Positions 52,676 through 62,000 of a stretch of 64,000 bases of DNA are shown one piece after another. The notes below the pieces were generated by a model that worked only from the letters and a program-made list of their open reading frames with translations, searched no databases and was not told the origin of the DNA. Positions within the stretch are counted from its first letter, which is position 1. Every line of letters starts with the position of its first letter. The position numbers and the translations under genes are program-made. The stretch is from Alphaproteobacteria bacterium (GTDB taxonomy: Bacteria > Pseudomonadota > Alphaproteobacteria > CAAGCB01 > CAG-977): positions 15,276 to 79,275 of the forward strand of contig JAFVAT010000032.1 in NCBI GenBank assembly GCA_017480385.1. Direction: 5' to 3'.

Positions 52676-52710
52676 TAAAAGGGAGCTTAAAAAAAGCTCT
52701 CTTTATTTAT
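52676..52710 (+). terminator. Rho-independent terminator after the helicase gene
   Basis: Hairpin gggagctt/aagctctc with an A6 loop, followed by a T-rich run. Confidence 0.55.
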
Positions 52711-52753
52711 ATTCAGAAAGGTATTTTTAACGAAATAGAGCCACTATTAAAGA

Positions 52754-53464
52754 ATGGAAAAAAGTGTGTCAAAAGCGTCTGTTCGCAAAAATACAAATAA
52801 AACTGCCGGCTCCGGAGGGAAGCATGCGGAAGGCGGGCGTTTGGCTACATTTATGTGGCTGTCCCGATTTTTCAATATCTTGTGTTTTGTTTTGGTGTTT
52901 TCCGGCTCTGTTTTGGCGCTGTCTTTGCTTCATATAACGAAAGAAGCCGAAGTGAATTCTGTCTTAGTAACGGCGCCGACATATTCCGATAATCTGGCTT
53001 ATTTTGAACCGTTGCATCCGGATATGCCGACCATGGATATTTTGGCGGAAATGTTTGTTCGTCTATATATTACAAGCCGATATAATGTTTGGACAAACAT
53101 ACAAGAAATGCGCGTTGCATGGGGGCCCGGAGGAATAGTGAGCCGTTTATCAACATGGGACGTGTATGATAATTTTTGGGAAACAGAAGCAAAGCGATAT
53201 CTTCCCGATGAAAGCATGGAAATACCTCCCGAAGTAATGATAGATACGGATATTAAGCGGATTATTAAGGAGGGTTGGAACAGTTGGCAGATCTTTTTTG
53301 ATACGCGTAAAATGGAAACAACAATCAGTCCGCCGGTCATAGATCATTGGATCGCAACGATACAGTTCCGATATTATGCGTCGAATGCTGTTATGGCTAC
53401 ACGTTTGCGCAATCCGATGGGATTTACGGTGACGCAATATCATTTAGCACGTCAAAAGCAATAG
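52754..53464 (+). CDS. VirB8/TrbF-like T4SS inner-membrane protein, paralog 1
   Basis: Short cytoplasmic N-terminus, single TM (FFNILCFVLVFSGSVLALSLL), ~180-aa periplasmic domain ending in NPMGFTVTQYHL (VirB8 NPxG-F-x-V-x-x-Y signature). Confidence 0.55.
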   Translation: MEKSVSKASVRKNTNKTAGSGGKHAEGGRLATFMWLSRFFNILCFVLVFSGSVLALSLLHITKEAEVNSVLVTAPTYSDNLAYFEPLHPDMPTMDILAEMFVRLYITSRYNVWTNIQEMRVAWGPGGIVSRLSTWDVYDNFWETEAKRYLPDESMEIPPEVMIDTDIKRIIKEGWNSWQIFFDTRKMETTISPPVIDHWIATIQFRYYASNAVMATRLRNPMGFTVTQYHLARQKQ

Positions 53465-53477
53465 CTTACGGAGAAAG

Positions 53478-53675
53478 ATGATGAATATAAAAGGATTAGG
53501 AAAAGTGGCTTTAATTATCGGCTTTTGTGCGGTTTTAAACGCTTGCGGTTCGATTTATGAAAAAGAGCCGGTCGGCGTCGGTCCGGATATTTCGGAATTA
53601 AAACGCTCCCCTTGTGCCTGTATGTTATTGAAACTTCCTGCCGAACTGCCGGAATGGATATCGGTTAACGGATAA
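53478..53675 (+). CDS. Small lipoprotein (VirB7/CagT/ComB7-like by size and position)
   Basis: 65 aa, lipobox LNAC. Sits between the two VirB8-like genes. Confidence 0.4.
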   Translation: MMNIKGLGKVALIIGFCAVLNACGSIYEKEPVGVGPDISELKRSPCACMLLKLPAELPEWISVNG

Positions 53676-53691
53676 ATGAAAGATGTAAAAT

Positions 53692-54465
53692 ATGCCAAAA
53701 CCGGTTAAATCAAAACAACAGCTGACCATTAAGAATGCCGAGGGAAATGTGCCTGCGCCTCAAAATGCTTCTGTCGGCAGCGTGAAAAAAACGTCAGAGA
53801 AACAGAATGCGCTAAGGACAGAAGAAATATCTGTAGACCTGCTCAGAGAACGGCGTTATTTATGGACTGCCCGCGCTTTTGCGATTGTTTCCGGTGTCGC
53901 TTTGTGTGTGAATTTGGTTTTATTGGTTGCGATTATGCATTTGATGCCATTAAAACGGGTGGAACCGTTTTTGTTGACCTTTCAAAATAAAGAGGAACAA
54001 GTTGTTAAAATTAAGCCGTTGGCAAGTGATATGGCAGCGGAGGATATTATTTCCGAAGCAATGATCCGCCAATATGTTCTTTTGCGCAATACAATGATTG
54101 CGGATATCGATGAAATGGCTTTTCGTTGGGGTCCCGACGGCCCTTTGCGTTGGATGTCGTCCAGTCAGGTTTATAATCAGTTCAGCAAAACGGTCAAAGA
54201 CTGGCTGGCCCGAATCAAACTGGAAGGGTTAACCCGTGAAGTTCGTATTGAATCCGTTGTTCGTAACCAAAACACGTGGTTAGTTTATATTGTAACGCGT
54301 GATATGTTGCCCGAAGCTGAAGAACCGGCAATTTCCCGTTGGCGTATCCGGTTGTCGATCAAATACTTTGCTCAGGGGCAAAATGAGGTTAAATACATCA
54401 ACAGACTGAAAAATCCTTTGGGCTTTGCGGTTGACAGATATATGATTGAAAGTGCTAACGATTAA
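53692..54465 (+). CDS. VirB8/TrbF-like T4SS inner-membrane protein, paralog 2
   Basis: Same topology as paralog 1. C-terminal NPLGFAVDRYMIE motif. Confidence 0.55.
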   Translation: MPKPVKSKQQLTIKNAEGNVPAPQNASVGSVKKTSEKQNALRTEEISVDLLRERRYLWTARAFAIVSGVALCVNLVLLVAIMHLMPLKRVEPFLLTFQNKEEQVVKIKPLASDMAAEDIISEAMIRQYVLLRNTMIADIDEMAFRWGPDGPLRWMSSSQVYNQFSKTVKDWLARIKLEGLTREVRIESVVRNQNTWLVYIVTRDMLPEAEEPAISRWRIRLSIKYFAQGQNEVKYINRLKNPLGFAVDRYMIESAND

Positions 54466-54477
54466 AGAAGGTGTCTC

Positions 54478-56016
54478 GTGAAAAGATATTTGAAAATCCG
54501 CCTTTTTGCAGTTGTTTTAAGTTTGTGTTGTCTGATTGTTCCGCAGGCGTCGGCACAACAGTCTGCTGCCCGTGAATCTATGGACGCGGCTATTGAACAG
54601 TCAAACGGACAATATTCTGAAATAGATATGCCTTTGTGGTCTGTTGGCATGCAGCAAAAAGCTTGGAATAAGCCAATGGAACATTTAGGAGAAGGGCAGT
54701 CTAAACCGGGATATTCCAGATATTACTGGACACCGGATCTGGTTTTGCCTCTGCGTATCCGCGAAGGCATGCATACGTTGGTTAATTTTCCGTCTTGGGA
54801 ATTGATTGAAAATATTTTTATGGGAAATGAAAGTGCCTTCGGCGCTCAAAAGGTAGCTCCGAATGCTTTGATGGTTTTTGCGGCGAATGCCGATTTGGTC
54901 GGCATGGATACGAACATGATTGTTTTTGGCAGATCCGGAAACAGATATGTTTTTTACCTCAGAAGCGAAACTTTTAATACGGACAGAATTACAAACTCGG
55001 TTGTAGATATTATTGTTAATGATGTTAAATTTGTTCCCGATGATTCCGGATTAACGCCAACGGCTTCCGGCGCGATTGTTCCCGGCGGAGGGATTGGCGC
55101 TGCGTTGGGGACAACCGGCGGCGGTTTGCGCGGCGGTAAAAAAACAACCAAAAACGCAACGGAAGATTGGTTGGCCGATTTAGAAGTGGATCCTGAAAAA
55201 ATACGGTTTGATATAGATGTTTTTGTGCCTAATCCAGCGGATATAGAAATTGCGCCGGAACGTGTGTGGCGCGATGAAATCTTCACTTATATTGATTTTG
55301 GCCCGAAAGCTTTGACTATGATAGAGCGACCTATTGTTAACCTGCTTTCTCAAGGATCCGAAGTGCCGATTGGTTTCAGAACACGCGGGCCGAATAGCAG
55401 ATTAATGGTTGTTGAAGGCATTGGTGATTTGGTTTTGCGTAACGGCAAACGTATTTTATGTTTAAAGATCAGAAAAGATCCCTCTTTCGGGACGGAATGG
55501 GTGGAATATGAAGCCTCCGTTCAGCCGCAATGGTCTCCCGGTCCGATGATTACGACGGGCGGATATAACGGCGGCGCTGCACAATCCGGAACGATGGGCG
55601 CTTCGAGTGTCGGTAATGTTCCGAATAATAACGGCATGATGATCTCTATGGGACCAAACGGAACGATGAGCGCCAATCAAATCGCACAGTTTTCTGCGCA
55701 AAGGCAGAGCGGTCAAAATTACGGACGTACGGCACAATCGTACCGCGGAAATTCAGAAGGCGGCTTTGCTATTGAGCTGGGAGCTGACGGGAATATTGTA
55801 ACATTAGAGCAAAAATGGGATGGCATCGCCCGCAAAAATAAAGATTTGCTGGGCGGATATGAACCGTACTATTCGGTAGACGCTGTTGCGGAGGGAGAAT
55901 CAAAAGATATGTTCCGTTTGCGGATCGGTCCTGTTGACAGTATCGAAGCAGGGGACAGGTTATGTAATCAATTAGGTCGCCGCGGGGTGACGTGTATGGT
56001 TGTGCGGACACAATGA
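54478..56016 (+). CDS. VirB9/CagX/TrbG-like outer-membrane-complex protein fused to a C-terminal SPOR peptidoglycan-binding domain
   Basis: GTG start with RBS. Signal peptide. VirB9 C-domain signature DEIFTYIDFGPKALTMIERPIVNLL...LMVVEGIGDLVLRNGKRILCLK. Gly-rich linker. Terminal ~80 aa FAIELGADGN...MFRLRIGPVDSIEAGDRLCNQLGRRGVTCMVV match the SPOR beta-alpha-beta-beta-alpha-beta pattern. Confidence 0.6.
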   Translation: MKRYLKIRLFAVVLSLCCLIVPQASAQQSAARESMDAAIEQSNGQYSEIDMPLWSVGMQQKAWNKPMEHLGEGQSKPGYSRYYWTPDLVLPLRIREGMHTLVNFPSWELIENIFMGNESAFGAQKVAPNALMVFAANADLVGMDTNMIVFGRSGNRYVFYLRSETFNTDRITNSVVDIIVNDVKFVPDDSGLTPTASGAIVPGGGIGAALGTTGGGLRGGKKTTKNATEDWLADLEVDPEKIRFDIDVFVPNPADIEIAPERVWRDEIFTYIDFGPKALTMIERPIVNLLSQGSEVPIGFRTRGPNSRLMVVEGIGDLVLRNGKRILCLKIRKDPSFGTEWVEYEASVQPQWSPGPMITTGGYNGGAAQSGTMGASSVGNVPNNNGMMISMGPNGTMSANQIAQFSAQRQSGQNYGRTAQSYRGNSEGGFAIELGADGNIVTLEQKWDGIARKNKDLLGGYEPYYSVDAVAEGESKDMFRLRIGPVDSIEAGDRLCNQLGRRGVTCMVVRTQ

Positions 56017-59000
56017 ACGAAGAATTACTCAGCTCATCAGACAGATATTTGAAAAAATCCAACAAAATGCTGTTGGTTGTCGGGATTGTTGCATTACTGG
56101 CTTTCCTGATCGGTATTGTTATTTTGTTGAGCGGGGAAGAAGAGCAGAAAAAAGATGCGGAAGTGACTATTGATGGTTCTGCGGACAGTTCGACTAATAT
56201 TACCGGCGGCAATGCGGATACGTTTAATCTTGCTCAGGATATAGATGCAACGACAACATCGACGGTCAGGTTGGTTGTTTCCCCGGAAACTCTGCGTTTT
56301 GATCAGGTCGTTTTGGGAACGGAAGCCGAAGGGACGTTGACGCTGTCCGCTTCTTCCGGTCGGATCAGGATCACCTCCGTTGAATTTGAAAATAAACAGG
56401 AAGAAAGTTTTATTCTGGAAAACAAATGCCGCAAAGATATTGTCCTGACCGGCGATGTGACATGCAACGTTGTTGTTCGCTGGGAACCGAAGACGGCACG
56501 GACGATACAGTCCAATTTAGCTGTTCGGTGGAGTGATGAAACTTTTGGCGGTATTGGTCGGAAAGTGATCGTTCCTATTTCAGCTATGGCAATTGATACC
56601 AGTATGTGCGGCGTGTGTGACGAAGCGCCGGGCGGTGGCGGATCGATGCTTGAGCAGTTGCGTAAAAAAGGACGCGTTGTCTTGGGGCCTGACGGAAAAC
56701 CGATCGGGTACGCCGATGAAAACGGTGTTGTCTATGGTTTGGACGGCAAAAGAATCGGCACGCTGCGTGATGATGGCACTGTTGTCGATGATCAGGGATA
56801 TGTAATTGGTGTTGTTGAAGGGTCAAGGCTGGCAATCGGACCGAATGGAGAAATTTTAGGAACGATTTTGCCCGACGGTCGTGTTATAGATAAGGACGGT
56901 CGGTTAATAGGATATGCTTTGCCTGACGGAACGATCGTAGACCTGAACGGCAATGTGATTGGTTCGGCTGTTAAAACGGGATTAGCATATGACAAATACG
57001 GCAATGTGATCGGTCGCATCATGCCTGACGGGACGGTCGTTGACGAGAATGGAAATATCATCGGATATGTTAACCCGGATGGCACGATTGTTGATATCAA
57101 CGGTAATATTATCGGTTCTGTTGCTCCTCAGGGAACGGTTGTTGATGCTTCAGGAAAACCCTTAGGTATCGTAATGCCTGATGGGACTGTCGTTGATGCG
57201 GACGGGAATATTATTGGGCGTGTTTTACCGAATGGGTTGGTTGTTGATAAAGACGGGAATATTATAGGGCGCGTTGTTAAGGAAGGCTTGGCAATCGGGC
57301 CTGCCTGCAAAATGGTTGGTCGAATCAGTACAGACGGATCGGTGATGTCCGGCAATCGTCAAGTCGGGCGTTTGACGGCTTCCATGGTTGTGGTTGATAT
57401 GTCGGGAAACCCAATTGCCGGTTATGTTGAAGAAGGCGCTTTAATCGACTGGAAAGGCAAAATTATTGGTAAAGTAGACACAGATGGTCAGCCTGTTTCT
57501 TTTAAGGGTGAACCTTTAGGGTGTTTGACGCCGTACGGAACGGTCGTAAATGATTCTGAAGAAATTACGGCATCTGTTTTGCCAAAGGGAACGGTTGTCG
57601 GAAATCAGGCTGAACTTATTGGACGAGTTATGCCGGACGGGTCTGTTGTTGGTAATGGCCAGATGAAAGGACGTATTTTGCCGGACAAGACGTTCTTATC
57701 AGAAGACGGCAATGTTTCAGGGGCTATTGCGCGGCAAAATGTCGGTGTCGGTCCGGGGTGCGTGGCCTTAGGATATGCGAATGTTGACGGCCAAATCATT
57801 ACGGCCAAAGGAGAATTTGCCGGTTATTTAGCGGCAAACGGCGATATTCTTGATGATAAGAAAGTCGTCTTGGGGAAAATTATGGATTCCTCGGTTGTTC
57901 TGAATAATCAGGGCCGTATAGCCGGTATTATGGATGCAAACGGCAAAGTACAAGATAAAAACGGGAAAATTTTGGGCTGTATGGACCCGTCGGGATTGGC
58001 CTTGAATTCTAAAAATGAAGCTGTCGGCATGCAAATGCCTGAGGGTGGTGTTCTGGACCGTGATGGGCGCACAATCGGTTGGGTCATGCCGGACGGCACT
58101 GTTTCGAATACCAGAGGTTCTTCCATCGGTCGGGCTGTACCAGACGGCACTGTCATTGATTTAGGTGGGCAAACAGTAGCCCGGCTGGCTCCTTATAACG
58201 GATTTGCCCTAAGAAATGCCTGTACGGTTGTCGGTAATATTTTGATAGACGGTCGTGTTGTCGATAAAGATTTCAACAGAAAAGCCTATATCCAAATGAA
58301 CGATTCGCTGGTTGATGATAAAGGGGCTTTCTTAGGGCGTGTTGCCTTTGCTTCCCGTGCGATCAGCGCTAAAGACGTTTATTTGGGAATAACGGCAAAA
58401 GATGGCTCACTGTATGATTCTTCGGGCAAAAAGATAGGTTGTCTGCGTCCGGATTCTTTGTTCATTGATGATAAGAACAGGTTTTTGGGAGCGGCATTGC
58501 CTGAAGGAATTGCGGTTAACAATAAAACTAACCTTTATGCCAGAGGGGATTCAATCGCAAAGGCGATGAATTTAAAAGGAAATTCTTTTATCGGAACTAT
58601 TACTCTCAGTGGCTTTGTCAAAGAAAAAGATACGATTTCCGGCGGTATTATCCCTCGGAAGGCGGATGTTTTAGATATTAAAACCAGCAAAACAATAGGT
58701 CGTTTGCTGCCGGACGGTTCTGCGATAGATTTGTCCAGCCGTTACATGGGGCGTTTAAAAATGCCCGGCGGAGAAATTGTTGATAAAAGCGATAAAGTCG
58801 TTGGTAAAATTTTTGTCGGCATGAGGCAGGTCATTGGACCGAACGGAGAAATTTTAGGTGTTGTCATGCCGGACGGTTCTGTTGTGGATGCGTCTGGTCG
58901 TGTGATCGGAAAAGCAAATTTAGACGGTCAGGTTGTTGATGAAAACGGTCGTGTCATCGGTGAGGTTATCCCCGTAGGGCAGCCGATTTTAGGGCTGGAT

Positions 59001-62000
59001 GGTAAGATTATCGGCTATGTCGGAATTGATGGAACAATCGTTGATAAAGACGGCAATCCCGTTTTGGGACCTAATGGTAAACCAATGCGTTATAGAGCCG
59101 GTGGTTCCGTTGTGGAAGAAGATGGAAAAGTTATCGGACGTGTCGGTGAAATGGGGCGACTTGTTTATGATGAAAACGGCAATATAATTGGTCGCGTTTT
59201 GCCCGATGGTACGGTTGTCGATTTAAATGGTAATGTCATTGGGAAAATGCTGCCTGATGGCACCGTCGTTGATTTGAATGGTAATGTAATTGGGCACGCC
59301 GGTGAATTAGAACAGCTCGTATTTGATGAAAACGGTCGTTTAATCGGACGGGTATTGGCTGACGGAACGGTTGTTGATTTCAATGGTAACGTGATTGGCC
59401 GTGTTTTGCCTGACGGTACAGTTATTTCGTTAGACGGCAAGGTGATAGGATATGCCGTAAAAGAAGGGATAGGACTAAATTTTCAAAACGAAGTTTTGGG
59501 TAAAATTAATTCTTCGGGACAGTTGAAAAAACAGGGGTCTGATAAAGTATTAGGAAATTTACAGGTTGATGATACGATCACGGACAGCAAAAACACTATT
59601 ATCGGGCGGGGAATCGTTAATTCAAGACCTGTTGGATTGCAATGTCAAGTTTTGGGAACGATCAATGATAAGGGTGAAGTTGTAGATACGACGGGCAAAA
59701 CAAGCGGTCGTGTAAATTATGATCGATCCTTGATTAATGCGATGAATTCACAGATTGGTCTGGCCCTAGGACAGGAATCCATTATTGATGACTCATGCAA
59801 AATTATTGGTCAAATAAATGCAGAGGGTAAAGCTGTTGATACTAAAGGAACAGAAATCGGCTGTGTTGATTTTGAAGGACTGGTAAAAGATAAAAACGGA
59901 AAACGTCTGGGACGGATTGTTTCCAAAGGGCCGGTGCAGGGACCAAATGGTGATATTGTAGGTAAAATCGTTTCTAATGGCGAAGTTTTAGGAAGTCAGG
60001 GAGATGTACTGGGCTGTTTGTCGCTTAATGGAGCCGTTGTAGATAAGGGAAAGAAAGTCTTAGGGGTTGTTTCCGATCAAAAATATGCCGTTGATGATCG
60101 AGGCAAGATTATTGCTCATGTTATTGGTGGAACGTATGGTGTTAATGCGGAAGGCGGTGCCTTTGTCGGGAAATTGTCAGATCAGGAATTAAAAGAAAAT
60201 GACGATAAATCGTTAGGAGTTTTAATTCCGGGCGGGCGTCGTGTCATTGCCGTTGACGGTAAAATGGTCGGAACGGTTCTTCCACGAGGACGAGTCCAAA
60301 ATGACAAAGGGGAAGAAGTTGGCTATGTTACATCTTCCATGCGTGTTTTAACAGACGATCAAAAATTTTTAGGCCGGGTTGTTCCTATTGGTGAAGAATG
60401 TAAAGATATGAAGGGCAAGACGATAGGAACGGTTCATTTCGACGGAACTATTGTCGATGAAAAGAATCAGGTTCTGGGACGTTTAATGGCCAGCGGTCAG
60501 GCTTTAAATAACGCCGGTGCGCATTTATGTATGATTTCTTTGATCAGCACAAGTGATGACGGGGCTTTATTTCCAAAAGGCTTAATCGGCAAAATGGTGT
60601 ACGGACCGGATGGAAAACCCTTGGGCGTTGTGGGGGCAGACGGTTTTATCCGCGACGCAAACGGGAATATCATCGGCAGAGTTTTGCCGGACGGAACGGT
60701 CGTTGACTTAAATGGCAATGTAATTGGGAAGGCGTATCCTAAAGGGGCTGTTTTCGGGCCGGACGGCAAATTCTTGGGCATTGTTGATGCTGACGGCTAT
60801 CTGCGCGATGAAAACGGGAATATTATCGGTCGTATGCTGCCGGACGGGACTGTTGTTGATATGAACGGCAATATTATCGGACGTGCGCTGCTGGAAGACG
60901 GCATTGTTGATGATAAAGGAAACTTCTTAACAAAAGCTGGACAATCCGGCGAAGCTTTATTGGAACGTTTGGTCTATGATGAAAACGGCAATGTGATCGG
61001 GCGGGTTCTGCCGGATGGAACGGTTGTTGATCTGAATGGCAACGTGATCGGTCGTATGCTTCCGGATGGAACAGTTGTTGATTTAAACGGTAATGTGATT
61101 GGTAAGGCCGGTCCTTTGGAACGATTGGCATATGATAAGGATGGCAAACTGATAGGTCGTGTTTTACCGGATGGAACAGTTGTTGATTTTAACGGCAACG
61201 TGATCGGGAGAATGCTACCTGATGGTACGATAGTTGATAAAAACGGCAATGTGATTGGCCGGGCGGGAACGACTCAGGCGGCTCAGTCCAAAAATGTTAA
61301 AATAGCTGTCGGAAGAGACGGCAAGTTCTTAGGTATAGTTGGGGAAGACGGTTTTGTTCGTGATGCGAACGGCAATATTATCGGACGTGTTTTACCAGAC
61401 GGCACGGTTGTTGATTTAAACGGTAATGTGATTGGTTCCATTTTGGAAGGCGAACCGATGTATGATGAAAACGGTAATATTATCGGTATCATTATGCCGG
61501 ATGGAAAAGTTGTGGATTTGGATGGCAACGTGATCGGACGTATTAATGCCAACGGTGAAATAGTTGATGAAGAAGGGAATATTCTGGGGACATGGCGCGG
61601 CGGAAAATTGACGGTTCAGAGTGACAAGTTGCGGCAAAAACGGTTCGCATTCGACAAAGACGGCAGGCGGATTGGAATGATTATGTCGGATGGTACAGTT
61701 GTTGATGAAAACGGCAATGTGATCGGGCGGGTTCTGCCGGACGGTACCGTTGTTGATTTAGAAGGTAATGTAATTGGTTCAACGACAGATCCGAATGTTT
61801 CTTCGCCTTCATTGGGAAAAACGGATAAAGAGAAGCAGGTTTCTGTTTTTGGTACGTTTGATCCGGATAAATACAGTTATCGGGGAACGGGCGGTACAGG
61901 CAAAGGAGAACGCTATGATCCGGCCAGAATCAAGCGGCTCAGAGAACTGCAAATGGCCTACCGCCGTCAGATCCGTCCCGGAATGGGAATGGGTGAAACG

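Noticed and set aside
56685-61780. VirB10 repeat array considered as an assembly artefact or IS/tandem-duplication expansion.
   Set aside because: The repeat units are degenerate at both protein and DNA level with a continuous open frame of 7 kb. This fits a genuine ancient coding repeat rather than collapsed or duplicated reads.
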